Shown: piece by piece, positions 1 to 11,200 of the stretch
Layout of the letters: the number at the start of each line of letters is the position of its first letter
How positions within the stretch are numbered: position 1 is the stretch's first letter
Source: Eledone cirrhosa
Taxonomy: Eukaryota
NCBI GenBank assembly: GCA_964016885.1
Contig: OZ024761.1
Coordinates: forward strand, 8,122,001-8,186,000
Direction of reading: 5' to 3'
Length of the DNA stretch: 64,000 nt
The notes under the pieces: generated by a model
The model's input: the letters and a program-made list of their open reading frames with translations, nothing else
What the model was told of the DNA's origin: nothing
Database searches by the model: none
Made by a program: the position numbers and the translations under genes

Positions 1-211
1 ATTGTTTCTACTTTAGGCACAAGGCCAGCAATTTTGGGGGAAGGGAAAAGTCAATTAAATCAACCCCAGTACATTACTGGTACTTTATTTTATCGACCCC
101 GTAAGGATGAAAGGCAAAGTTAACCTCGTTGAGATTTGAACTCAGAATATAAAGGGCCATAACTATGCTGCAAAGCATGGTATCTGACGCTCTACCGATT
201 CTGCCAATTCA
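1..211 (-). mobile_element. tRNA-derived SINE
   Basis: Minus strand begins with pol III A-box-like TGGCAGAATCGG and B-box GAGTTCAAATC, followed by a body (GCCTTTCATCCTTACGGGGTCGATAAAATAAAGTACCAGT) resembling octopus SINEs as I recall them. Confidence 0.7.
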
Positions 212-369
212 CAAAACGTTTTCTCCTGAGATCATGCGTATTTTTTTTTTTACTTTTGTTCATGGAGTCACTCATTACTTTAAATTTTTCACCATTCTTT
301 GCATGTTTATATATATATAGATATATATCAATGATATTAATAAATGGAAACTATATTTATAAAACCATA

Positions 370-434
370 TTTATTCTATTATATATATTTCAAGGGTACC
401 AAAACTTTGGTACGCTATCATCAGATAAAATACA
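370..434 (-). ncRNA. minimal type I hammerhead ribozyme (left arm)
   Basis: Minus strand reads TATTTTAT-CTGATGA-TAGCGTACCAAAGTTTTGGTACCCTT-GAAA-TATATATA-ATAGAATA. Confidence 0.65.
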
Positions 435-560
435 AAATGTTTTATAAATATTTGACATAACCAAGGATAACATACCTTAACGGTTCAAGTTTTTCCTGGA
501 TAGTGACTAGATCCGTTAAGATCTCATTCCTGGCTATGTCAATATTTATAAAACAAACTT

Positions 561-625
561 TGTGTTTTATCTGATGAGAGCGTACCAACGTTTTGGTACC
601 CTTGAAATATATATAATAGAATAAA
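561..625 (+). ncRNA. minimal type I hammerhead ribozyme (right arm)
   Basis: CTGATGA at 571-577, stem II GTACCAA/TTGGTAC, GAAA at 604-607, palindromic TATATA helix III, AUA cleavage triplet, stem I GTTTTAT/ATAGAAT. Confidence 0.7.
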
Positions 626-957
626 TCATTGAATATTATACTCCAGGAAACCTGTCGAGTGCTTCGAATCAGTTATAAATATATTTGTTGAATTACCAGC
701 AAATTAAATATCCCTTTGTTTTTATATATATACATATATATATATTCGGCAAGTTGCAAATTGCACTTATTGAAGCTTACTGCATTAACAGAAACCCCAG
801 GGTCCAGACAACCACATGCAACTGCTACATTATCAATATACACTTTGTTAGCTCTCTCGGACATGTTTGCTCGCTATACGTTCAATCCATGTCTCGTTGA
901 ATAAGTAATTGTGAGCAATCGAGATTATAATGAATATATTTCCTATAACTTTGTCAA

Positions 958-1190
958 TCTATATTAAAATAAAAGAGAGAGAGAGCACAAAGCAAGAGAA
1001 TGCCCAGTGTTTTTGAGGTGACAGAAAGTTATAACTTTGCCCTCATCTATATAAAGAGAGGGGGGAGTGCCAAGCAAAAGAGATGTACAAAGATAGAGAG
1101 AAAAAAGGAATGTCATTTGTTTACAGAGAGATAGAGAGAGTGTGTGTGTGAGTGAGACAGAAAGACGGAGAAGACATCGTTCTCATCTAG
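958..1190 (+). mobile_element. possible short non-autonomous Helitron
   Basis: Starts A|TCTATATTAAAATAAAAG and ends in hairpin GAGAA-GACATCG-TTCTC followed by CTAG|T. No TSD. Confidence 0.4.
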
Positions 1191-1214
1191 TACGATTGTG
1201 TGTGTGTGTATCGA

Positions 1215-1520
1215 CAGATCCAATGGATGTGTAGTAGTAATGTAAGTGAACGGCAAAGCGTAAATGAACTGAGAGAGACACTGAGCATAAGAGGGATCAG
1301 ATGCAGTGTGCAGTAGAAGAGATTGGAGTGGTGTGGACATGTGATGCGTATGAAGGATGGCAGCTGTTTAAAAAGGTGCATTGTGCTCAAAGTTGATGGA
1401 AGTTATGGAAGAAAACGACGTAGGAAAATTTGAGAGGAGATGATAAAGGTTGGCCTCACAGGATTTCACCTCTCAAAGGATCGAGATCTTTAGTGTCATG
1501 TACTACAGAAGACCTGCTCT
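1215..1520 (+). pseudogene. old degenerate 3' fragment of RTE LINE
   Basis: Translates with stops as WMCSSNVSERQSVNELRETLSIRGIRCSVQ*KRLEWCGHVMRMKDG...GRKRRRKI*EEM...KDRDL, which aligns to the C-terminus of the 44392-47448 ORF ([46 protein letters not shown]). Confidence 0.8.
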
Positions 1521-1614
1521 CCCATCTGCATGGGATGTAACAACATCCAACTGCCTCTCGTGTACACCACTTCCCTTGCACCTCCTCCATACAGTACTGC
1601 AGAAGACCTGCCCT

Positions 1615-2310
1615 ATGTGTGTATGTGTATGTGTATGTATGTGTGTGTGTGAGCATGTGTGTGTGTATGTATGTGTGAGCATGTGTGTGTGTGAGCATGT
1701 GTGTGTGTATGTATGTGTGAGCATGTGTGTGTGTGAGCATGTGCGTGTATGTATGTGTGAGCATGTGTGTGTGTATGTATGTGTGAGCATGTGTGTGTAT
1801 GTATGTGTGAGCATGTGTATGTGTGAGCATGTGTGTGTGAGCATGTGTGTGTGTGGGCATGTGCGTGTATGTATGTGTGAGCATGTGTGTGTATGTATGT
1901 GTGAGCATGTGTATGTGTGAGCATGTGTGTGTGAGCATGTGTGTGTGTATGTATGTGTGAGCATGTGTGTGTGTGAGCATGTGTGTGTATGTATGTGTGA
2001 GCATGTGTGTATGTATGTATGTGTGAGCATGTGTGTGTATGTATGTGTGAGCATGTGTATGTGTGAGCATGTGTGTGTGAGCATGTGTGTGTGTATGTAT
2101 GTGTGAGCATGTGTGTGTGTGAGCATGTGTGTGTATGTATGTGTGAGCTAGTGCACATATGCGAGTGTGCTCATGTGTCTGGGCATGTGTGTGTTAGCGC
2201 ATGTGTGTGTGTCTGTGCATGTATGTGTTAGCACATGTGTGTGTACGAATGCACAAGTTTGTAATAATGTGTGTATGCACCTGTATGTGCATATGTGTTT
2301 GTATGTGTGC
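1615..2310. repeat. compound (TG)n / GAGCATGT microsatellite
   Basis: TG and TATG runs punctuated by GAGCAT, decaying after ~2150. Confidence 0.95.
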
Positions 2311-2338
2311 TTCTTTGTATGAAGGTGTGAGTCCAAAC

Positions 2339-3612
2339 TAGAGAACAGATGTGTGGCTATCTGGAGACAGAGAACAGATGTGTGTCTATCTGGAGATAGA
2401 ACAGATGTGTGGCTATCTGGAGACACAGAAAAGATGTGTGGCTATCTGGAGACACAGAAAAGATGTGTGGCTATCTGGAGACACAGAACAGATGTGTGGC
2501 TATCTGGAGACACAGAAAAGATGTGTGGCTATCTGGAGACAGAGAACAGATGTGTGGCTATCTGGAGACACAGAACAGATGTGTGGCTAACTGGAGACAC
2601 AGAAAAGATGTGTGGCTATCTGGAGACACAGAACAGATGTGTGGCTATCTGGAGACACAGAAAAGATGTGTGGCTATCTGGAGACAGAGAACAGATGTGT
2701 GGCTATCTGGAGACAGAGAACAGATGTGTGGCTATCTGGAGACACAGAAAAGATGTGTGGCTATCTGGAGACACAGAAAAGATGTGTGGCTATCTGGAGA
2801 CACAGAACAGATGTGTGGCTATCTGGAGACACAGAAAAGATGTGTGGCTATCTGGAGACAGAGAACAGATGTGTGGCTATCTGGAGACACAGAACAGATG
2901 TGTGGCTAACTGGAGACACAGAAAAGATGTGTGGCTATCTGGAGACACAGAACAGATGTGTGGCTATCTGGAGACACAGAAAAGATGTGTGGCTATCTGG
3001 AGACAGAGAACAGATGTGTGGCTATCTGGAGACACAGAAAAGATGTGTGGCTATCTGGAGACACAGAACAGATGTGTGGCTAACTGGAGACATAGAAAAG
3101 ATGTGTGGCTAACTGGAGACATAGAAAAGATGTGTGGCTAACTGGAGACAGAGAACAGATGTGTGGCTATCTGGAGACAGAGAACAGATGTGTGGCTATC
3201 TGGAGACACAGAACAGATGTGTGTCTATCTGGAGACAGAGAACAGATGTGTAGCTATCTGGAGACAGAGAACAGATGTGTGTCTATCTGGAGACAGAGAA
3301 CAGATGTGTGGCTATCTGGAGACAGAGAACAGATGTGTAGCTATCTGGAGACACAGAACAGATGTGTGTCTATCTGGAGACAGAGAACAGATGTGTGGCT
3401 ATCTGGAGACACAGAACAGATGTGTGTCTATCTCGAGACACAGAACAGACGTGTAGCTATCTGGAGACAGAGAACAGATGTGTGTCTATCTGGAGACAGA
3501 GAACAGATGTGTGACTATCTGGAGACACAGAACAGATGTGTGTCTATCTGGAGACAGAGAACTGATGTGTAGCTATCTGGAGACAGAACAGATGTGTGTC
3601 TATCTGGAGACA
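2339..3612. repeat. 29-bp minisatellite, ~44 copies
   Basis: Unit GGCTATCTGGAGACA(C/G)AGAA(C/A)AGATGTGT, head-to-tail with no spacers. Confidence 0.95.
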
Positions 3613-3720
3613 AAGACCAAATTTGTGAAAGTAGTGGCAACAAAAGTCAGTGGTTCCGCAGAGAAACAAGGATGTAAAACAAACAAAATCATCCTTGCTG
3701 CTAAATATCATCATTGTCAG

Positions 3721-3825
3721 CAGTGGTAGGCCATCAGCAGCAGTGGTCTGGTCAGTGGTAGGCCATCAGCAGCAGTGGTCTGGTCAGAGGTAGGCCATCA
3801 GCAGCAGTGGTCTGGTCAGTGGTAG
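3721..3825. repeat. 32-bp tandem repeat, ~3 copies
   Basis: Unit CAGTGGTAGGCCATCAGCAGCAGTGGTCTGGT. Confidence 0.9.
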
Positions 3826-4098
3826 AAGGAAGGCAAAATATACACATCGGATGTTTCTTTAGTTTTTGTGTAATGGAGCTTCTGGATAGATGTGCCAGGG
3901 TTTGGTGGCCAGTGTCTTTCTAGATATTCTCTGGATCAGCATATGTCCCCTGAGACTTGACAAATGAGAGAAAAATTAGGGGTTGATGAGATTCATAAGG
4001 AAAGAATAGCAGTATGAGAGATATTTTTAAGGGTTAACAGAATACAATGTTTTGTGTACTGATAAATGTATAATCTAAGTGTGTGTGTGTGCATAAGT

Positions 4099-4342
4099 GG
4101 CAGTGCTGGTGCCACGACAAAAAGCACCCAGCTCACTCTGTAAAGTGGTTGTTTTGGTGCCACGACAAAAAGCACCCAGCTCACCCAGTAAGCACCCAGC
4201 TCAGCCAGTCTACACTATAAGGTGGTAGCACCAAAAATGGAACATATGAGCCAGATGTGCTGACAAGCCACAGAAGATAACAGCTCTTCTAACCCATGCA
4301 AGCACAGAAAATAGATGTAAAACAGCCATGATAATGATGATA
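4099..4342 (+). mobile_element. degenerate RTE-tailed SINE / non-autonomous element fragment
   Basis: GTGCCACGACAAAAAGCACCCAGCTCAC duplicated. Tail ACCCATGCAAGCACAGAAAATAGATGTAAAA...ATGATG resembles 43360-43417. Confidence 0.6.
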
Positions 4343-4604
4343 GTATAATATATATGCATATATATGTGTGTATATATTATACTCATCCTAAGCAAGGCAA
4401 TAAAGCTACTAAACTGCAAAGGGTTACTGAGAAGGGAGAAGGACAAGACATAATTGAAGGAGAGATATGATAATGTTGCTTTCAAATTTTTGAAAATTGT
4501 AGTTATATAAGAAGCTAGAAGTGAATTCCATCGGTGAGATGAGTCGGGAAGAAACTATCAGAAAAGAGTTTACAATTACATTTGTGGACTTTGTCAGAGT
4601 GTAT

Positions 4605-4866
4605 ATCATCATCATCATTTTACGTCCGCTTTTCCCTGCTTGCAAGGGTGGGACGGGAACTGATTCTGGCTTGATTTCTACAGCTGGATGCCCTTCCTAA
4701 CACCAACCTCATTTACAGTGAATGCTGGGTGCTTTTTTTCCGTGGCGCCTACACGACCACTTTACAGTGTGGGCTGGGTGCTTTTTTGCCGTGGCACCTC
4801 CACGACCACATATCAGTTCCCGTCCCACCTTTGCAAGCAGGGAAAAGCAGACGTATGATGATGATA
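4605..4866 (-). mobile_element. 5'-truncated RTE-tailed SINE with an inverted second tail
   Basis: Tail and body on the minus strand at 4605-4809, then the same tail on the plus strand at 4812-4866. Confidence 0.85.
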
Positions 4867-4871
4867 TATAT

Positions 4872-5357
<486 letters not shown>

Positions 5358-5632
5358 CAATATAGGACTGGAGGAAGGATTCTATCATTAAAACACCCGA
5401 GAAACTTCTTATGAGATTGAACCCCTTAGGAAGCTAGCTGCACACAGATGTGAAGCTGTAACAACATAACAGCTCTACCAGTTATTCTATAGATCACAAA
5501 TAGATGAAAGGCAAAGTCTTTCATAAATCAGTTTAGATTCAAATTCAGAATGTAGACCAAAATTAAAAAGAAAAGGGGGAGCTAAAAATCTTCCCCCAAA
5601 ATCTGACTAACCTTATCTGTTATCTGTAAGGG

Positions 5633-5746
5633 TCATGTCTGTTGAGGACCTGACCAGGACTTGTTTAAAACTGTTGAGCCCTGAGTGATGGATGTTACGT
5701 CTTTGATGATCATCTGAGCAATCTGAACAGCCATGTCTTCTTGTTC
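5633..5746 (-). CDS. AKAP10: AKAP10 (D-AKAP2) last coding exon, PKA-binding amphipathic helix
   Basis: Acceptor CTCTTTAACAACAG|, phase 0. Translates EQEDMAVQIAQMIIKDVTSITQGSTVLNKSWSGPQQT*, matching the vertebrate AKB motif QEELAWKIAKMIVSDI. Confidence 0.88.
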   Translation of the reverse strand, partial: EQEDMAVQIAQMIIKDVTSITQGSTVLNKSWSGPQQT

Positions 5747-5810
5747 CTGTTGTTAAAGAGAACATTCTATGTCTAGATAAGTTTGTTTTGAAACAGCGAG
5801 CGAAGTTTGA

Positions 5811-6633
5811 AATTTAGTAAAAATAGAAGCTTTCGCTGTATTTTTGACTAAAGAAATGTTAACCTGATAGTGGGGTTTAGAACCCTCTAAGACATGGAAA
5901 AGGATGAGTATGTACATCAATACTCATCCTTTTCAATATTTAGAGTGTTTTATTTTAAAGGCTAACATTTCTTAAAGAAATGTTAACCTGATAGTGGGGT
6001 TTAGAACCCTCTAAGACATGAAAAAGGATGAGTATGTACATCAATACTCATCCTTTTCAATATTTAGAGGGTTTTATTTTAAAGGCTAACATTTCTTAAA
6101 GAAATGTTAACCTGATAGTGGGGTTTAGAACCCTCTAAGACATGAAAAAGGATGAGTATGTACATCAATACTCATCCTTTTCAATATTTAGAGGGTTTTA
6201 TTTTAAAGGCTAACATTTCTTAAAGAAATGTTAACCTGATAGTGGGGTTTAGAACCCTCTAAGACATGAAAAAGGATGAGTATGTACATCAATACTCATC
6301 CTTTTCAATATTTAGAGGGTTTTATTTTAAAGGCTAACATTTCTTAAAGAAATGTTAACCTGATAGTGGGGTTTAGAACCCTCTAAGACATGAAAAAGGA
6401 TGAGTATGTACATCAATACTCATCCTTTTCAATATTTAGAGGGTTTTATTTTAAAGGCTAACATTTCTTAAAGAAATGTTAACCTGATAGTGGGGTTTAG
6501 AACCCTCTAAGACATGAAAAAGGATGAGTATGTACATCAATACTCATCCTTTTCCATATTTAGAGGGTTTTATTTTAGCGGCTAAAATTTCTTTAATAAA
6601 AAATACAGCGAAAGCTTCTATTTCTACTAAATT
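5811..6633. mobile_element. MITE/foldback-like element with six tandem 124-bp palindromic internal units
   Basis: TIRs AATTTAGTAAAAATAGAAGCTTTCGCTGTATTTTT / AAAAATACAGCGAAAGCTTCTATTTCTACTAAATT. Units start at 5853, 5977, 6101, 6225, 6349 and 6473, and each is self-complementary around AAAAGGATGAGTAT-GTACATCA-ATACTCATCCTTTT. Confidence 0.8.
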
Positions 6634-6652
6634 CTATGTGTTGTTGGTTTAA

Positions 6653-7207
6653 CCCTTAAGCATTTAAACCAGCCATACCTGGCCAGAATTCTCTCATTTC
6701 TTTCAGTTCAAACCAGCTGTAACTGGCCACTCATACTGATTTTTAAGGTATTGTTCTCAAAATAAATAACATCAAAATCTCGTAGATTTGATATTATGTG
6801 AGATAAAGCCTTTACCGTGAAAATATAATAGTATATATAGAGTAATCATCATCATCATCATCATTATACGTCCAGTTTTCCCTGCTTGCAAGGGTGGGAC
6901 AGGAACTGATTCTGGCTTGATGTCTACAGCTGGATGCCCTTCCTAACACCAACCTCATTTACAGTGTGGGTTGGGTGCTTTTTTGCCGTGGCACCTCCAC
7001 GACCACTTTGCAGTGGAATGATATGGACCCCAGTCCCTATCATCTCATTTCTACAGCTGAGTAAACTGGAGCAATGTGAAATAAAGTGTCTTGCTCAAGG
7101 AAACAACACATCACCCGGTCTGAGAATTGAACTCACAACCTTTCGATTGCAAGGCCAATGCTCTAACCACTAAGCCATGTGCCTCCAGTAATGTAAATGC
7201 TAAAGGG
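6653..7207. mobile_element. piggyBac-type MITE interrupted by a SINE
   Basis: TTAA|CCCTTAAGCATTTA ... TAAATGCTAAAGGG|TTAG. Homologous to the copies at 31465-32365. Confidence 0.7.
6846..7187 (-). mobile_element. tRNA/CORE-like SINE with bipartite RTE tail
   Basis: Full-length copy flanked by an AGTAAT direct repeat (TSD-like). Confidence 0.88.
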
Positions 7208-7492
7208 TTAGCAGGGTGGCAAGTTGAGGGGGAAGAGGGGTGTCACCCTGCTTCTGGCTCAAGTGTGAAGTCAGAAGCTCCAATTAAATACTAATAGGAA
7301 AGGTGTCCAGCTGATAAGCACACACAGAAGCGTGCACACACACAGAGGTACAGAGAGAGAGAGAGGCACACACCCACACACAGAGGCACACACCCACACA
7401 CAGAGGCACACACACATAAATCCACACAGAGACACACACAGAGCCACACCTAATTCAGGTTCAATATAATCATAAATATTTGGATTATTCAC

Positions 7493-7530
7493 CTTCTCAC
7501 GATCTTTCCGTTTTCTGAAGAAAACTGAAC
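7493..7530 (-). CDS. AKAP10: AKAP10 38-nt micro-exon
   Basis: TTTCTTCCAG|GT TCA GTT TTC TTC AGA AAA CGG AAA GAT CGT GAG AAG|GTGAAT. Phase 1 to 0 bridges both neighbouring exons. GSVFFRKRKDREK corresponds to vertebrate GSMFSQAMKK. Confidence 0.8.
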
Positions 7531-7929
7531 CTGGAAGAAATGGTAATGAAAATATTAATTATATTGATTAGAGATGAGAAGAGTGGAATAATATATTAAC
7601 TCTTAATGTCCTGTACCACATGAAACCCCATTAGCAAGACCTTGGTAAAAAGTATGAAACAACATTATGTCTGTATCATTTTAAAAATGTTCATTCATAC
7701 CAATCTGACCACCAGTAAAAATACTATAAACATTTAGTACAAAACAACACTATGACTACATCACATTAAATATTAAAGTTTTTACTTTATTTTCACAATG
7801 ATCTATCCCCTAGTAGAGGTCCTATAAACATTTGAGTTAACACACCCTGTTTTTAGATATTTTCTGTTAACTCCTGACAGGATGTTAAGAGTTAAAAGAT
7901 AGAAAGATAGATAAACAAAAAATAATGAC

Positions 7930-8012
7930 CTTTCTTCTTGTCGTGTTCAGGTTCGGGGTCATACTCCGACACAAACTGACCAAGGTCATTAATACGACCA
8001 AATGACATCTTT
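7930..8012 (-). CDS. AKAP10: AKAP10 exon (conserved GR..DLGQF motif)
   Basis: CTTTTCAG|...|GTCATT, phase 2 to 1. KMSFGRINDLGQFVSEYDPEPEHDKKK versus vertebrate KMTFGRVSDLGQFIRESEPEPDVRKSK (recalled). Confidence 0.9.
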
Positions 8013-8229
8013 CTGAAAAGATAGGGAAAGGGAATCAACATTAAATTTGACACTTTCAGAATAGCTGGAATTCTTGTGTATAATACCACCCTTCTGCATA
8101 TTTGAGGAGTAGCTAGGCCTGTTTAAACAGCACCACCTGTCTCTTGGATCTCTTTAGTAAAATCTGTTCTGTTCTGGCCTAGACCTGTTTTAACACTATC
8201 ACTGACCATTTGATTGTCTTTGGTGAGGC

Positions 8230-11200
8230 CACCTGTCTATAGTAAAGTCTGTCCTGGTCTAGGTCTAGGCCTAGTTTAACCACCACCTGTCTATAGTAAA
8301 GTATGTCATGGTCTAGATCTAGTTTAACACCACCATCTGTCTGTAGTAAAGTATGTCCTGGTCTAGATATATTTTAACACCACCACCTGTCTATAGTAAA
8401 GTATGTCCTGGTCTAGGTCTAGTTTAACACCAGCACCTGTCTATAGTAAAGTATGTCCTGGTCTAGGTCTAGTTTAACACCACCACCTGTATATAGTAAA
8501 GTATGTCCTGGTCTAGGTCTAGTTTAACACCACCACCTGTCTATAGTAAAGTATGTCCTGGTCTAGGTCTAGTTTAACACCACCACCTGTCTATAGTAAA
8601 GTATGTCCTGGTCTAAATCTAGTTTAACACCACCACCTGTCTATAGCAAAGTCTGTCCTGGTCTAGGTCTATTTAACACCACCACCTGTCTATAGTAAAG
8701 TCTGTCCTGTGCTAGGTCTAGTTTAACACCACCACCTGTCTATAGTAAAGTATGTCCTGGTCTAGGTCTAGTTTAACAGCACCACCTGTCTATAGTAAAG
8801 TATGTCCTGGTCTAGGTCTAGTTTAACACCACCACCTGTCTATAGTAAAGTATGTCCTGGTCTAAGCCTAGTTTAACACCACCACCTGTCTATAGTAAAG
8901 TATGTCCTGGTCTGGGTCTAGTTTAACACCAGCACCTGTCTATAGTAAAGTCTGTCCTGGTCTAGGTCTAGTTTAACACCAGCACCTGTCTATGGTAAAG
9001 TATGTCCTGGTCTAGGCCTAGTTTAACACCACCAGTTGTCTATAGTAAAGTCTGTCCTGGTCTAGGTCTAGTTTAACACCACCACCTGTCTATAGTAAAG
9101 TCTGTCCTGGTCTAGGTCTAGTTTAACACCACCACCTGTCTATAGTAAAGTCTGTCCTTGTCTAGGTCTAGTTTAACACCACCACCTGTCTATAGTAAAG
9201 TCTGTCCTGGTCTAGGTCTAGTTTAACACCACCACCTGTCTATAGTAAAGTATGTCCTGGTCTAGGTCTAGTTTAACACCACCACCTGTCTATAGTAAAG
9301 TCTGTCCTGGTCTAGGTCTAGTTTAACACCACCACCTGTCTATATTAAAGTATGTCCTTGTCTAGGTCTAGTTTAACACCACCACCTGTCTATAGCAAAG
9401 TCTGTCCTGGTCTAGGTCTAGTTTAACACCACCACCTGTCTATAGTAAAGTATGTCCTGGTCTAGGTCTAGTTTAACACCACCACCTGTCCATAGTAAAG
9501 TCTGTCCTGGTCTAGGTCTAGTTTAACACCAGCACCTGTCTATGGTAAAGTATGTCCTGGTCTAGGCCTAGTTTAACACCACCACCTGTCTATAGTAAAG
9601 TATGTCCTGGTCTAGGTCAACACCAGCACCTGTCTATGGTAAAGTATGTCCTGTTCTAGGTCTAGTTTAACATCACCACATGTCTATAGTAAAGTCTGTC
9701 CTGGTCTAGTTTAACACCACCACCTGTCTATAGTAAAGTATGTCCTGGACTAGGTCTAGTTTAACACCACCACCTGTCTATAGTAAAGTCTGTCCTGCTC
9801 TAGGTCTAGTTTAACACCACCACCTGTCTATAGTAAAGTTTATACTGGTCTAGGTCTAGTTTAAAACCACCACCTGTCTATAGTAAAGTTTGTCCTGCTC
9901 TAGGTCTAGTATAACACCACCACCTGTCTATAGTAAAGTCTGTCCTGGTCTAGGTCTATTTAACACCACCACCTGTCAATAGTAAAGTGTGTCCTGGTCT
10001 AGGTCTAGTTTAACACGACCACCTGTCTATGGTAAAGTATGTCCTGGTCTAGCCCTAGTTTAACACCACCACCTGTCTATAGTAAAGTATGTCCTGGTCT
10101 AGGTCTAGTTTAACACCACCACCTGTCTATAGCAAAGTCTGTCCTGGTCTAGGTCTAGTTTAACACCACCACCTGTCTATAGTAAAGTCTATCTTGGTCT
10201 AGGTCTAGTTTAACACCACCACCTGTCTATAGTAAAGTCTGTCCTGCTCTAGGTCTAGTTTAACACCAGCACCTGTCTATAGTAAAGTATGTCCTGGTCT
10301 AGGTCTAGTTTAACACCACCACCTGTCTATAGTAAAGTATGTCCTGGTCTAGGCCTAGTTTAACACCAGCACCTGTCTATAGTAAAGTATGTCCTGGTCT
10401 AGGTCTAGTTTAACACCACCACCTGTCTATAGTAAAGTATGTCCTGGTCTAGGTCTAGTTTAACACCACCACCTGTCTATAGTAAAGTATGTCCTGGTCT
10501 CGGTCTAGTTTAACACCACCACCGGTCTATAGTAAAGTATGTCCTGGTCTAGGTCTAGTTTAACAACAACACCTGTCTATAGTAAAGTATGTCCTGGTCT
10601 AGGTCTAGTTTAACACCACCACCTGTCTATAGTAAAGTCTGTCCTGGTCTAGATCTAGTTTAACACCACCACCTGTCTATAGTAAAGTATGTCCTGGTCT
10701 AGGTCTAGTTTAACACCACCACCTGTCTATAGTAAAGACTGTCCTGGTCTAGGTCTAGTTTAACACCACCACCTGTCTATAGTAAAGTCTGTCCTGGTCT
10801 AGGTCTAGTTTAACACCACCACCTGTCTATAGTAAAGTCTGTCCTGGTCTAGGTCTAGTTTAACACCACCACCTGTCTATAGTAAAGTATGTCCTGGTAT
10901 AGATCTAGTTTAACACCACCACCTGTCTATAGTAAAGTATGTCCTGGTCTAGGCCTAGTTTAACACCACCACCTGTCTATAGTAAAGTCTGACCTGGTCT
11001 AGGTCTAGTTTAACACCACCACATGTCTATAGTAAAGTATGTCCAGGTCTAGTTTAACACCACCACCTGTCTATAGTAAAGTATGTCCTGGTCTAGGTCT
11101 AGTTTAACACCACCAGCTGTCTATAGTAAAGTCTGTCCTGGTCTAGTTTAACACCACCACCTGTCTATAGTAAGGTCTGTCCTGGTCTAGGTCTAGTTTA

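Larger units (their letters stand above)
328..720 (+). mobile_element. Penelope-like element remnant with inverted (hairpin) pLTR
   Basis: Inverted arms ~369-484 and ~512-626 contain hammerhead cores. The arms and the 3' extension (ATACTCCA...GAGTGCTT...ATCAGTTATAAATAT) are homologous to 39906-40313. Flanked by TA runs. Confidence 0.7.

Noticed and set aside
673-904. Small ORFs or a possible exon of a neighbouring gene
   Set aside because: There is no recognisable homology or convincing splice-site pair, and the region partly overlaps a TE end and TA run.
2339-3612. CRISPR-like array or repeat protein gene
   Set aside because: The units are contiguous with no unique spacers, there are no cas genes, the context is eukaryotic, and 29 bp is not a multiple of 3.
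7110-7187. tRNA genes at SINE heads (also ~5130-5203, 32270-32344, 34995-35065, 62060-62130)
   Set aside because: A and B boxes are present, but they run straight into SINE bodies with no proper acceptor stem or terminator.
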